A stretch of DNA of 64,000 nt from Malacoraja senta (Eukaryota), in assembly GCA_038087875.1 (NCBI GenBank), contig CM075993.1, positions 4,342,001-4,406,000 on the forward strand, read 5' to 3'. Under the pieces are notes generated by a model. The model was given only the letters and a program-made list of their open reading frames with translations. It did not search any database and was not told where the DNA came from. Both the position numbers and the translations under genes were made by a program. Each line of letters starts with the position of its first letter. The first letter of the stretch is position 1. Shown here piece after piece: positions 38,664-50,777 of the stretch.

Positions 38664-38952
38664 AGGGCCTGTCCCACTTGGGCATCATTTCTAATTTTGT
38701 TGTACATGTTTACATGTTATAATGACAATAAAGTATTCATTCATTCATTCATTTGCGCGTCACGCAGATGGCGCGCGAACATTTTGTACATCCCCAAATC
38801 CTGGGGCCGCCGCGCGCAACCGCGCGTCACTGCCTACATCACCACGCACCATGCGCGCGTAATGCGCACCATGCGCGCATCACGACGCCCGCGTCGTGCG
38901 TCGTGACGCGTAAATGATGACGCGCAAATGACACCCAAGTGGGACAGGCCCG
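38664..38952. mobile_element. PIF/Harbinger-like MITE with a CpG-rich (gcgcgt/acgc) interior
   Basis: TIRs gggcctgtcccacttggg / cccaagtgggacaggccc. Confidence 0.7.
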
Positions 38953-40379
38953 TGTGGCTGACGATTTGCGCAACTCTCCCTCACTTTAATCCAAGTCAAG
39001 CGCAAGTCATGACTTCAGGACCCGTAACGCCCAACCGGGCGAAGCAGGATCACCACAGGAGCGCGTGCAGCTGGGATGAAGCTCGCCGCAGAAGCTCAGA
39101 GGAAGGCTCGACTTCTACTGCAGCGCCCACCCAACTGTGTCCCATATCCGGGCCCGGATCGGTCTCACCAGTCACCTCCGGACCCACAAACAAAAACACT
39201 GAAAGCCATGGTCTTCTTCGTCTACGAAGGACGAACAACAATAAACAAATAATATATGATAAACCAAACACTTAGTAAACAACTACAATATTGGTGCAAA
39301 AACAACCCCAACGTCCCTCGTGCAACCAGAGTCCATGGTTGAGGTTATTGTTGCTCCGTGCTCAAGAGCCTGGTTGTTGTTAGGAAGAAGCTATTGGCTT
39401 GGTAAATGTAAAAATTGTCCCTAGTGTGTGTAGGGTAGTGTCAATGTGCAGGGATCGCTGGTCGGCGCGGAGCCGGTGGGCTGAAGGGCCTGTTTCCGCG
39501 CTGTATCTCTAAAACTAAAATTAAATGAAAAACTTCTATAGATCCCTTCAGTTGGTGGGGGAGGTCATTACCATTGCCTACCACTCGCTGTAATCTCCTG
39601 GGCATTCGGGCTTTCCAAACCAGGCCATGAGGCTACCAGTCAGTATGCTTTCTAACATCTAGGAGCTTAAGTGAGTGGCACTGGTTGTGTCTAGCTTCTT
39701 CACATCTTGCAAAGTGAATAAATACTGCAGATGCTGCAAATCTGAGAACAAATTATATTGTCCTTTCAATGGTCCCTTTGAATATTTCATTCCGTAACAA
39801 AGAAAATATCAGCAAAAAGATAATGAACATGGACACATGCATTTATAAATTCAGCATATCGTGTCCCTGGGATAAAGTCATAGAGTCATAGAGTGATACA
39901 GTATGGAAACAGGCCCCTTCGGCCCAACTTGTCCACACCGGCCAACATGGCCCACCTACACTAGTCCCACCTGCCTGCATTTGGGCCATATACCTCCAAA
40001 CTTGTCTTGTCCATGTACCTGTCTAACTGTTTCTTAAACGTTGGGATAGTCCCTCCCCCACCTACCTCCTCTAGCAGCTTTTTCCATACACCCACCACCC
40101 TTGGTGTGAAAACGTTACCCCTCAGAATCTTTTTTCCCCCTTCACCTTAAACATATGTCCTCTATCCTCAATTCCCCTACTCTGGGCAAGAGACTTTGTT
40201 ACATTACCCGATCTATTCGTCTCATGATTTTATACACCTCAATAAGATCACCCCTCATCCTCCTGTGGTCCAAGGAATAGAGTCCCAACTGTACAACCTC
40301 TCCCTATTAGACACAGGCCCTCGTGTCCTGGCAACATCCTTGTAAATTTGAGGAAGGACATCTCTAATTTGAGGGTGGA

Positions 40380-40907
40380 CATCCTAATTTGAGGAAGGAC
40401 ATCCTCGTGATTGAGGCAGTGCAGCTTAGGTTCACGAGATTGATCCCTGGGATGGCGGGACTGTCATATGAGGAAAGATTGAAAAGACTAGGCTTGTATT
40501 CACTGGAGTTTAGAAGGATGAGGGGGGATCTTATAGAAACATATAAAATTATAAAAGGAGTGGACAAGCTAGATGCAGGAAAAATGTTCCCAATGTTGGG
40601 CGAGTCCAGAACCAGGGGCCACATTCTTAGAATAAAGGGGAGGCCATTTAAGACTGAGGTGAGAAAAAACGTTTTCACTCAGAGAGTTGTGAATTTGTGG
40701 AATTCCCTGCCACAGAGGGCAGTGGCGGCCAAATCACTGGATGGATTTAAGAGAGAGTTAGATAGAGCTCTAGGGGCTAGTGGAATCAAGGGATATGGGG
40801 AGAAGGTTATTGATTGGGGACGATCAGCCATGATCACAATGAATGGCGGTGCTGGCTCCAAGGGCCGAATGGCCTCCTCCTGCACCTATTTTCTATGTTT
40901 CTATGTT
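40380..40907 (+). mobile_element. CR1 LINE 3' fragment
   Basis: ORF2 C-terminal motifs and tail. Confidence 0.95.
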
Positions 40908-41016
40908 TCGAAATCTTCGCTGTACCCTTTCCAGCTTGTGTGCACGTTCTCTAAGGTTACCAGTGAATAGCAACATACAATGAACCTCAATGGAACAACA
41001 TCTGATATCTGTCTCT

Positions 41017-41540
41017 CATAGAAACATAGAAACATAGAAAGTAGGTGCAGGAGTAGGCCATTCAGTCCTTCGAGCCTGCACCGCCATTCAATATGATCAT
41101 GGCTGATCATCCAACTCAGTATCCTGTACCTGCTTTCTCTCCATACCCCCTGATCCCTTTAGCCACAAGGGCCACATCTAACTCTCTCTTAAATATAGCC
41201 AATGAACTGGCCTCAACTACCTTCTGTGGCAGAGAATTCCAGAAATTCACCACTCTCTGTGTAAAAAATGTTTTTCTCATCTCAGTCCTAAAAGATTTCC
41301 CCTTTATCCTTAAACTGTGACCCCTTGTTCTGGACTTCCCCAACATCGGGAACAATCTTCCTGCATCTAGCCTGTCCAACCCCTTAAGAATTTTGTAAGT
41401 TTCTATAAGATCCCCCCTCAATCTTCTAAATTCTAGCGAGTACAAGCCGAGTCTATCCAGTCTTTCTTCATATGAAAGTCCTGACATCCCAGGAATCAGT
41501 CTGGTGAACCTTCTCTGTATTCCCTCTATGGCAAGAATCT
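41017..41540 (-). mobile_element. CR1 LINE 3' fragment
   Basis: ORF2 C-terminal motifs and tail. Confidence 0.95.
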
Positions 41541-42894
41541 CTCCAATGTACCCGGTGACCTCATGTCTAATCCTCAATCAAATCATTCCCTTTTCGCAAT
41601 TCCCAGAAACATCAAAGAAACAGGCGCTTCCGGAGCAGTCTATCAAGCACCGATTACAATCAGATGGGCCAGCAGTCTACAGAACGGCTGCTCGCATCCA
41701 GCAGATGAACTACAGTAAGTAGACATTAGATGAATTCTCGCCACTCTCACCACGAACGCAATCCGCCGAATGCAACGTTAATCGGTCGGGTTAAAGATGT
41801 GTGTGTGGACAAATTCAAGGCGGTGGGTAGTTTCCTCAAACAGTTAAAAAAAAAAAATCACAATGTGTAGGAAGGAACTGCAGGTGCTGGTTTACACCGA
41901 AGATAGGACGCAAAAAGCTGGAGTAACTCAGCGGGACAGGCAGCATCTCTGGAGAGAAGGAACGGGTGTCGTTTCGGGTCGAGACCCTTTTTCAGACTCT
42001 GAAGAAGGGTCTCGAATTTAAAAAAAAACACAAACAAGATACTGAGGTCGCCAAAAAATGCTGGAGAAACTCAGCGGTTGAGGCAGCATCTATGGAGAGA
42101 GACACAAGGGTCTCGACCCGAAACGTCGCCTGTTGCTTCTCTCCATAGATGCTGCCTCACCCGCTGAGTTTCTCCAGCATTTTTTGTCCTCCTTCGATTG
42201 TTCCAGCATCTGCAGTTCTTTCAATAGACAATAGGCAATAGGTGCAGGAGTAGGCCATTTGGCCCCTCGAGCCATTCAATGTGATCGTGGCTGATCATCC
42301 CCAATCAGTACCCCGTTCCTGCCTTCTCCCCATATCCCCTGACTCCGCTATTTTTAAGAGCCCTATCTAGCTCTCTCTTGAAAGCATCCAGCGAACCGGC
42401 CTCCACTGAGGCAGAGAATTCCACAGACTCACCACTGTGAGGCTTTCTTAACCAAGATATTGGGGTCTACTGGATTCCCCCGTTACTGGTACTAAAACCC
42501 CTTCACCGCGATCCCAATAAACAAACAGAGGCGCATAAAATAATCTCCGACCACGCTTAACTGAAACGCGTGGATTTAATGGTCTCCAGCGTCGATGAAA
42601 AGACCGAGTGAGTGTTTGGGCTGGTTGTGCTGGCGCGGCGTCGACTTCTGGCGCTGGAGAATTCAGCACCTTGGTCAGCGCGTCGTGTCTTTCCCTTCTC
42701 AGGGAAGCTCTCTTCTCATTTGGCAGCGAGAGGGGGGTGGGGGGGGGGGGGGGGGGGGGGGGGGGAGGAAGAGGAGGGAGACTCCTGTTTTTTTTTTTTT
42801 ACCCTGCAATTTCTGTTGCATATTCCGTGTGTGTGTGTGTGTGTGTTTTCTTCCACCGCTGTTATTTAGTAAGATGATGTAAATAATAGTTATA

Positions 42895-43057
42895 GCGTGT
42901 GTGAGTGAGTGAGTGAGTGTGTGAGTGTGTGAGTGTGAGTGAGTGTGTGTGTGTGTGAGTGTGCTGAACGAGCTGGCCTCTGGGTTTGCGTGTGTGTGTG
43001 TGTGTATGTGTGTGAGTGTGTGAGTGTGTGAGTGTGTGTGTGTGAGTGTGTGTGTGT

Positions 43058-43110
<53 letters not shown>

Positions 43111-43120
43111 TGTGTGTGTG

Positions 43121-43170
<50 letters not shown>

Positions 43171-43321
43171 AGTGTGTGAGTGTGTGAGTGTGTGTGTGTG
43201 TGAGTGTGTGAGTGAGTGTGTGTGAGTGTGAGTGAGTGTGTGTGTGTGTGTGTGTGAGTGTGTGAGTGTGTGAGTGTGAGTGTGTGAGTGTGTGAGTGTG
43301 TGTGTGTGTGTGTGTGTGAGT

Positions 43322-43360
<39 letters not shown>

Positions 43361-43389
43361 AGTGTGTGTGTGTGTGTGTGTGTGTTATA

Positions 43390-43454
<65 letters not shown>

Positions 43455-43505
43455 AGTGTGTGAGTGTGTGAGTGTGTGTGAGTGTGTGTGTGTGTGAGTG
43501 TGTGC
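42895..43505. repeat. Long (GT)n/(GTGA)n microsatellite
   Basis: Directly visible. Confidence 0.95.
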
Positions 43506-43544
43506 GATTGATAAGACAATTCTGTTTAGATCTATGCTCGATCG

Positions 43545-43816
43545 GTCACCTCGACACCCCGGTGGAGAGATGACGCCAGCATTTTCTCCCACTCCTGCCC
43601 GAGGGGGAGAGGCAGCGGACTGGGTGTAAAAGGAAACCACCGGGCAGACAGAGAGAGGGAGAGGGGAGGGATTGAGAGAGAGAGAGAGAGAGAGAGAGTC
43701 TCGCAGGGGAGACTGACCGACGTACCGACTGCGTGCGTTCAACAACGGAAAGCCCTCTGTTCCACCAAGCCTGCCACAGAATCTTCGCTCGCCGGGATTT
43801 CCAAGACGTGACAGGG
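43545..43816 (+). promoter_or_regulatory. CpG-rich promoter and probable non-coding first exon of a divergently transcribed gene
   Basis: CpG-rich unique sequence with a (GA)n tract, ending at donor GGG|gtaagg (gt at 43817). A second CpG-rich block lies at about 42480-42730. Confidence 0.45.
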
Positions 43817-45074
43817 GTAAGGCATCGGTACACCATTTCCACACGTTAAGGGGGAGGAAATAATTAAATACATGGCTCCCATCCCTTGCTCTTTCGACCA
43901 GAAGCATAGCTTGTGCAAGATGCAGCGTTCTAAATATATATATATATTGTATAATGTCCTTTTCTGTTATAAATAGCCTCGGGGAAGCGATTTCAGCAAA
44001 TTGGGAAAAGCCTTTTGCTGTGTTTTCAAACCGGAGGGTCGTGTGGGATGTGTTATTTCATAGCTTACGTTGAGAATCTGTGCATTGTGTGTGTGTGTGT
44101 GTTTGGGAAGACGCGTGAGTATTTGCCTCTTGGTGGATGGAGTAGGGTCGCGTTACCCAAGGCCCTGCGACTTAACATGTACAGATCATACTGATCTGAA
44201 GGGGTCAGCTGTGTAGATGTGCCCGAGCGCTTGGCGATCCCACCACAAGACCCATGAAACCTTCTTCAAGCCACATTGATTGGAGAGACCTGCGTCCCAT
44301 TATTGAAATCACAGCCTCCTCTCTGGAGACCAGCAAAACCGTTAAATATGGATTCATAAATATTCAGGTAATCCACACGAGACTGTTCTGCCCATCTATT
44401 TATTTTGTTTTCGACCAGGGTCATGCTTTTAATTCCTTTGATGACCACACTGTTTCTACTTCTTCAGCCAGCGAGCCTTTAGCCTGCCAGTCGAGATGGC
44501 CAATGTACCGAGAATTTGGTGATAATCCCACCTTCCTGAAATAACACTGAAGGGGTTTCTCAGGGGGGAAATGTAATGGGGATTGGTGAAGGGGGAAGGG
44601 GTGGGGGTGGAGGTGGGTGGGGGGGGAGATATGTGGGTGTGAGTGCAGAGGGAATGGTGCGTTTTAGATCGACACAATATGCTGGAGTAACTCAGTGGGA
44701 CAGGCAGCATCTCTGGGTGATGTTTTGGGGTCGAGACCCTTCTACAGGTCTGAGACCCTTCTCCATTCCTTCGCTCCAGAGATGCCACCCTGTCCCCGCC
44801 TGGGTTACTCCAGCATTTTGTGTCTATCTTTGATTTAAATCAGCATCTGCAGTTCTTTCCTGCACGAATGGTGCATCTTGTTGGATGTGACTTGGCAAAG
44901 ATTGACCCTATGTGAACTGGCTGAGTATGGGGACAGAGAAGGGCACGAATTATTACCTCCTTCCACACACAGCAGCAGCAGCAGCAGAAACAAAAGTTTC
45001 GTTTTGTTCTGGGTCAGAGTTTTCCTCCTTTATTTTCCTCTTCCTTGCTTTCCTTCCCCACATTTCCTCCCTTT

Positions 45075-45705
45075 ACTCCCCTCCCTCCCTCTCTCCTTCC
45101 GCCTCTCATTCCTTCTCTCACTCTCTCCCTCCCTCTCTCCCTCCCTCTCTCCCCTCCCTCTCTCCCTCCCTCTCTCCCTCCCCTCTCTCCCTCCGTCTCT
45201 CCTCCGTCTCTCCCTCCCTCTCCTCTCTCCTCCCTCTCTCCCTCCCTATCTCCCTCCCTCTCTCCTCCCTCTCTCCCTCCCTCTCCCTCCCTCTCTCCCT
45301 CCCTCTCTCCCTCCTCTTCCCTCCCTCTCTCTCTCCCTCTCTCCCCCCCTCTCTCCCCCCTCCCTCCCTCCCTCTCTCTCTCCTTCTGCCTCTCACTCCT
45401 CTCCCTCTCCCTCTCTCCCTCTCTCCCTCCCTCTCTCCCTCCCTCCCTCTCTCCCTCCCTCCCTCCCTCCCTCTCTCCCTCCCTCCTTCTGCCTCTCACT
45501 CCTTCTCTCCCTCTCCCTCCCTCCCTCTCTCCCTCCCTCTCTCCCTCCCTCACTCCCCCCCTCTCTCCCTCCTCTCTCCCCCTCTCTCCCCCTCCCTCTC
45601 TCACTCCTTCTCTCCCTCTCCCCTCTCTCCCTCTCCCCTCTCTCCCTCTCTCCCTCTCTCCCTCTCCCTCCCTCCCCTCCCTCCCTCCCTCCCTCCCCCC
45701 TCCCG
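45075..45705. repeat. Polypyrimidine (CT/CCCT)n low-complexity tract
   Basis: Directly visible; it is the source of the spurious S/L/P and R/E/G ORFs. Confidence 0.95.
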
Positions 45706-46959
45706 GTATGCGCTTAATTCCCCATCATTTTGTCTCTGAATATAATTAGCAGAACTAGAGGCACAAGGATGGCATTTTGCCAACCTTTCCAATGTACCAT
45801 GAAAGACAATGTTAATTAATGAATGAAAGTGTCGGCGACATAACGACAGGTATGCTGTCACACTCAGCACGCTGCAACAAGTGTCTGATACCTGTGGGTA
45901 TTATCTGTGGGTGATGAATGATTCTGGCTGACACCACTTCTCTGTTTCCCAGACGCCATGTTTTGGTGCGCTGTGTATACCTCACGAACATATCCTGAGC
46001 TTTCACACGGCAACATGATTATGTTGCCAATGTTCAAACTCCAGTTGCTTTGCCCGAACCATACCTTTAATCATGACCCTTCCTCCGTAACAACCTCTTC
46101 AGTTCATAAGTGATAGGAATAGAATTAGGCCATTTGCCCATCAAGTCTACTCCGCCATTCAATCATGGCTGGTCTTTCTCTCCCTCTCAATCCCATTCTC
46201 CTGCCTTCTCCCCATAACCCCTGACTTCTAAACCCAGACTTCCATCTCGCCTCCTTTAAAACAGGTACTGTTTTAAACCTGGCTCTTTGACCAAGAATTT
46301 GGGCATCCATTGAATTGTGACAAAGGCGTCTGGTCTGCTTGCCTTCATTAGTTGTGACATTGGGAATAATATCAGGAAGTCATGATGCAGCGATGTAGGA
46401 CTTTGAGTTTGAGCTTTGTTTATTGTCACATGTACCGAGGTGCAGGAAAAAGCTTTTATTGCATGGTAACCAGTCAGCAGGAAGACTATACATGTTTACA
46501 ATCGGGCCACGTTTGGAATATTGTGTGTATTTCAGGTCGCCCCATTACAGGAAGGAAGTGAAGGCTTTGGTGGGGGTGCAGCAGAGATTTGCCTGATTGC
46601 TGCCTGGATTGGAGTGTATTGGCTCTGAGGATGACTCAGTTGGGTTGCTTTCTCCGGAATGCTGGAAGTTGAAGGGAAGTTTATAAAACGGGCTTCTCCT
46701 TCCGTGTCCATCTTCCATGTTTCAAATGTTGGCCTCGCTGTCATCGTCCGTCCTGAAAAGGACGCAAGCATCCGGCGACAATCAGCGGGAGCCATCACTT
46801 GTTGCAATAGATGATGGAGGTAGCAGAATTAGCTCGGGATACTTCCAGTTTCCAGCCCCCGCGACGTGGACGCTCCTGCTATGGGGCCTATAAAATGGTG
46901 TGAAGCGTAGACAGTTAGAACCTTTATCCCAGGGTTGAAATGTCAAGGGCATAGATATA

Positions 46960-47305
46960 ATAATAATAATAATAATGGATGGGATTTATATAGCGGCTTT
47001 CTAATACTCAAGGCACTTTACATCGCATTATTCATTCACTCCTCAGTCACACTCGGTGGTGGTGAGCTACTTCTGTAGCCACAGCTGCCCTGGGGCAGAC
47101 TGACGGAAGCGTGGCTGCTAATCTGCGCCTACAGCCCCTCCGACCACCACCAATCACTCACACACATTCACACACATTCACACGCAGGCAAAGGTGGGTG
47201 AAGTGTCTTGCCCAAGGACACAACGACAATATGCACTCCAAGCGGGATTCGAACCGGCTACCTTCCGGTTGCCAGCCGAACACTTAGCCCATTGCGCCAT
47301 CTGTC
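46960..47305 (-). mobile_element. tRNA-derived CORE-type SINE with an L2-like 3' tail
   Basis: Reverse complement shows B box ggttcgaatccc, CORE-like gttgtgtccttgggcaagacacttcac, tail gtaaagtgccttgag...gctatataaat and (tta)n. Confidence 0.65.
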
Positions 47306-47960
47306 GTATAAGATGTGGGATAAAGTTTAAAGGAGATGTGCAGAGGTTGGTGGATGCCTGGAACGTGTGGTGGAGGCAGATCCAATCGTGGCGTTTAGAT
47401 AGATAGGACTCTTAAAGATAGCGGAGTCAGGCGATATGGGGAGAAGGCAGGAACGGGGTACTGATTGGGGATGATCAGCCATGATCACATTGAAAGGCGG
47501 TGCTGGCTCGAAGGGCTGAATGGCCTACTCCTGCACCTATTGTCTATTGTCTGTGAAGAGGCTTTATGATTGACTCATGGATATGCAGCAAATGTTGGGC
47601 TGTGGATCATGTGCAGGCTGATGAGATTAGTTTATCTTATCATCACGTGTTGCACGGATACTGTGGGCCAAAGGGCCTGTTGCTGTACTGTTCTTTTCAA
47701 TGTTCTATTTTATAATGAATCCTTCTCAGTTTTGACATCAGAAATGTTCTTTGCTGTCTTGATCCGTTTTACAAAAGAAATCGAGATAGACTACGAACAT
47801 GGAAGCAAAGATGTCAATATTTCCCTTGCGATATCTCCAATCTCCATGTGTTATCGACTTTACTATCTTCCCTCCCCTTTGAATCCTCCTTCAATGGTAC
47901 TTTATTTGTCCCATGTATCGAGGTACAGTGAAATTCATGTTTGTATACGGTACATCAGTC

Positions 47961-48160
47961 NNNNNNNNNNNNNNNNNNNNNNNNNNNNNNNNNNNNNNNN
48001 NNNNNNNNNNNNNNNNNNNNNNNNNNNNNNNNNNNNNNNNNNNNNNNNNNNNNNNNNNNNNNNNNNNNNNNNNNNNNNNNNNNNNNNNNNNNNNNNNNNN
48101 NNNNNNNNNNNNNNNNNNNNNNNNNNNNNNNNNNNNNNNNNNNNNNNNNNNNNNNNNNNN
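47961..48160. other. Assembly gap (200 N)
   Basis: N run adjoining a CR1 fragment. Confidence 1.
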
Positions 48161-48655
48161 TTCGGCCCTTCGAGCCTGCACCGCCATTCAATATGATCAT
48201 GGCTGATCATCCAACTCAGTATCCCGTACCTGCCTTCTCTCCATACCCTCTGATCCCTTTAGCCACAAGGGCCACATCTAACTCCCTCTTAAATATAGCC
48301 AATGAACTGCCTTGACTACCCTCTGTGGCAGAGAGTTCCAGAGATTCACCACTCTCTGTGTGAAAAAAGTTCTTCTCATCTCGGTCTTAAAGGAATTCCC
48401 CCTTATCCTTAAGCTGTGACCCCTTGTCCTGGACTTCCCCAACATCGGGAGCAATCTTCCTGCATCTAGCCTGTCCAACCCCTTAAGAATTTTGTAAGTT
48501 TCTATAAGATCCCCTCTCAATCTCCTAAATTCTAGAGAGTATAAACCAAGTCTATCCAGTCTTTCTTCATAAGACAGTCCTGACATCCCAGGAATCAGTC
48601 TGGTGAACCTTCTCTGCACTCCCTCTATGGCTATAATGTCCTTCCTCAGATTTGA
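48161..48655 (-). mobile_element. CR1 LINE 3' fragment (young subfamily) abutting an assembly gap
   Basis: Nearly identical to the reverse complement of 56578-57050. Confidence 0.9.
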
Positions 48656-50387
48656 ATGGCGGTGCTGGCTCGAAGGGCCAAATGGCCTACACCTGCACCT
48701 ATTGTCTATTGTCTAAGATGTTGGTAAGGCCGCACTTGGTGCGTTGTGTTCACTTTTAGTCACCCTATTCATACGGTCATAAGTGAAAGGAGTAGAGTCA
48801 GGCCATTCGGCCCATCAAGTCTACTCCGCCATTCAATCATGGCAGATCCATCTCTCCCTCCTAACCTCATTCTCCTGCCTTCTCCCCATAACTTCTGACA
48901 CCTGGTAGACAAAAATGCTGGAGAAACTCAGCGGGTGTAGCAGCATCTATGGAGCGAAAAATATTTCCTTCGCTCCATAGATGCTGCTGCACCCGCTGAG
49001 TTTCCCCAGCATTTTTGTCTACCTTCGATTTTCCAACATCTGCAGTTCCTTCTTAAACACTTCTGACACCTGTACTGATCAAGAATCTATCTATCTCTGC
49101 CTTAAAAATATCCACTGACTTGGCCTCCACAGCCATCAGTGACAAAGAATTCCATAGATTCACCACCCTGTGACTAAAGAAAATTCTCCTCATCTCCTTA
49201 CTAAAAGAACATTCTCTAATTCTGAGGCTATGACCTCTCGTCCTCAACTCTCCCACTCGTGGAAATATAGGAAAGTATAGTGCCATTGGAAAGGTCCCAT
49301 TAAAATAGTAAAAGTGTGGAGAAGATATACAAGGATGTTGGCAGGATTCGAGTGCCTGAGCTATAGGGAGAGGTTGGGCTGGCCAGGACTCCATTCCTTG
49401 GAGCGCAGGAGGCTAAGGGGTGATCTTACAGAGATGTATAAAGTAATGAGCGGAATTGATAGGATAGATGGACAGTCTTTCATGTAGGATTAGGGAATCA
49501 TGAACAAGGGGACATATTTAGGATGAGAGGGGCAAGATTTAGTACGAACCTGAGGGACAAATTTGTCACAGATATATGGAGCAGGTATATGGAACGAGCT
49601 GTCAGAGGAGATAGTTGAGTCAGCTACCATAACAACATTTTGAAGACATTTGGACATGGATAGGATAGGTTTAAAGGATGATGGGTCAAACGTGGACAAA
49701 TGGGACTAGCTTAGATGGGGCATCTTGGTCAGCATGGGAGGTTGTGCCTGTTTTCCTGCTGTAAGACCCTATGGCTCCAATTTAGTCTCGTTGTGGTAAT
49801 CATGAAAGTACCAGATTACATAAAAGGTGCCGCTAGCTAATGTCCTTCAGCCAAGGGAATCTGCCATCCACCACTTCTAGCACTGTGTTCCAGGCACCCA
49901 CCACTCTCTGTGTAAAAGAACTTTCTCCGCATGCCTCTTATCAATTCCCCCGCCTGACCTTAAAGCTGTGCCCACTACCCTTTGACCTCTCCACCCTGAC
50001 TGTCTACCCCATCTATCTCTCTCATGGTTTTATATACGTCCATATACTCCCCTCGACCTCCGGTGCCCCAGAGAAAACAATCCCAGTTTGTCCAACCTCT
50101 CCTGATAGCTGGCGCCCTCTAATCCAGGCAGCGTTCTGGGAAACCTCTCCACATTGTTTGTGTAATGGGACGACCAGAAATATGCTCAACAAAGTCTTGC
50201 CTTCGAGTTTGGAATTTCTTTCCTGGATCTTAGTTTAGTTTTGTTTCGAGATACAGCGCGGAAACAGGCCCACCAGGTCCTTGCCGACCAGCGATCCCCG
50301 CACATGAACACTACCCTACACCCACTAGGGACAATTTTTACTTTTAGCAAGCCAATTAACCTACAAACTTGTACATCTCAGCATTAA

Positions 50388-50777
50388 TGTCCTGCATTCT
50401 GCTCCAAAAACACAAGTGGTCACAGGAGTGGAAGGCAACCTCATCTCCATTACACAGCTACATCTCGTCACCAGATAAAAGCTGTCCAGGGTCTGACCTC
50501 CCCAGAGGAACATGGGTGAAGCTCAACAGACTTGGTACTGGAGTTGGGCGTTTCAACGCCAGCGTGCGGAGACGGGGGCTCCGCCTGTGAATGCGGAGCG
50601 GAACAACAGACAGCCAACCATGTCATCTCTGGGTGCCCGCTCTACCATCCACCAAATGGAGCTCTGTCAGGGTCTGGCAGACATTGACGCCAACAGAGAC
50701 AACAACCTGGCTGCTCAACACCCAGCTTGAGATCTAACTATTCCTTTGGTTTATTTATGTTTCATTCGCAAGAAGAA
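50388..50777 (+). mobile_element. RTE-X-like LINE 3' fragment
   Basis: Broken frames encode PGSDLPRGTWVKLNRLGTGVGRF...CECGAEQQTANHVISGCPLY (C-terminal CCHC finger), with tail cattcgcaagaagaa. Confidence 0.7.

Noticed and set aside
43167..43907. 246-aa ORF with HT repeats
   Set aside because: It runs through (GA)n and (CA)n microsatellites and has no domain.
44878..45749. Longest ORFs in the track (234-279 aa, S/L/P-rich; R/E/G-rich on the minus strand)
   Set aside because: They are translations of a (CT/CCCT)n tract that lacks stop codons.
47570..48315. ORFs spanning N runs (also 3774-4244)
   Set aside because: Artefacts of assembly gaps.
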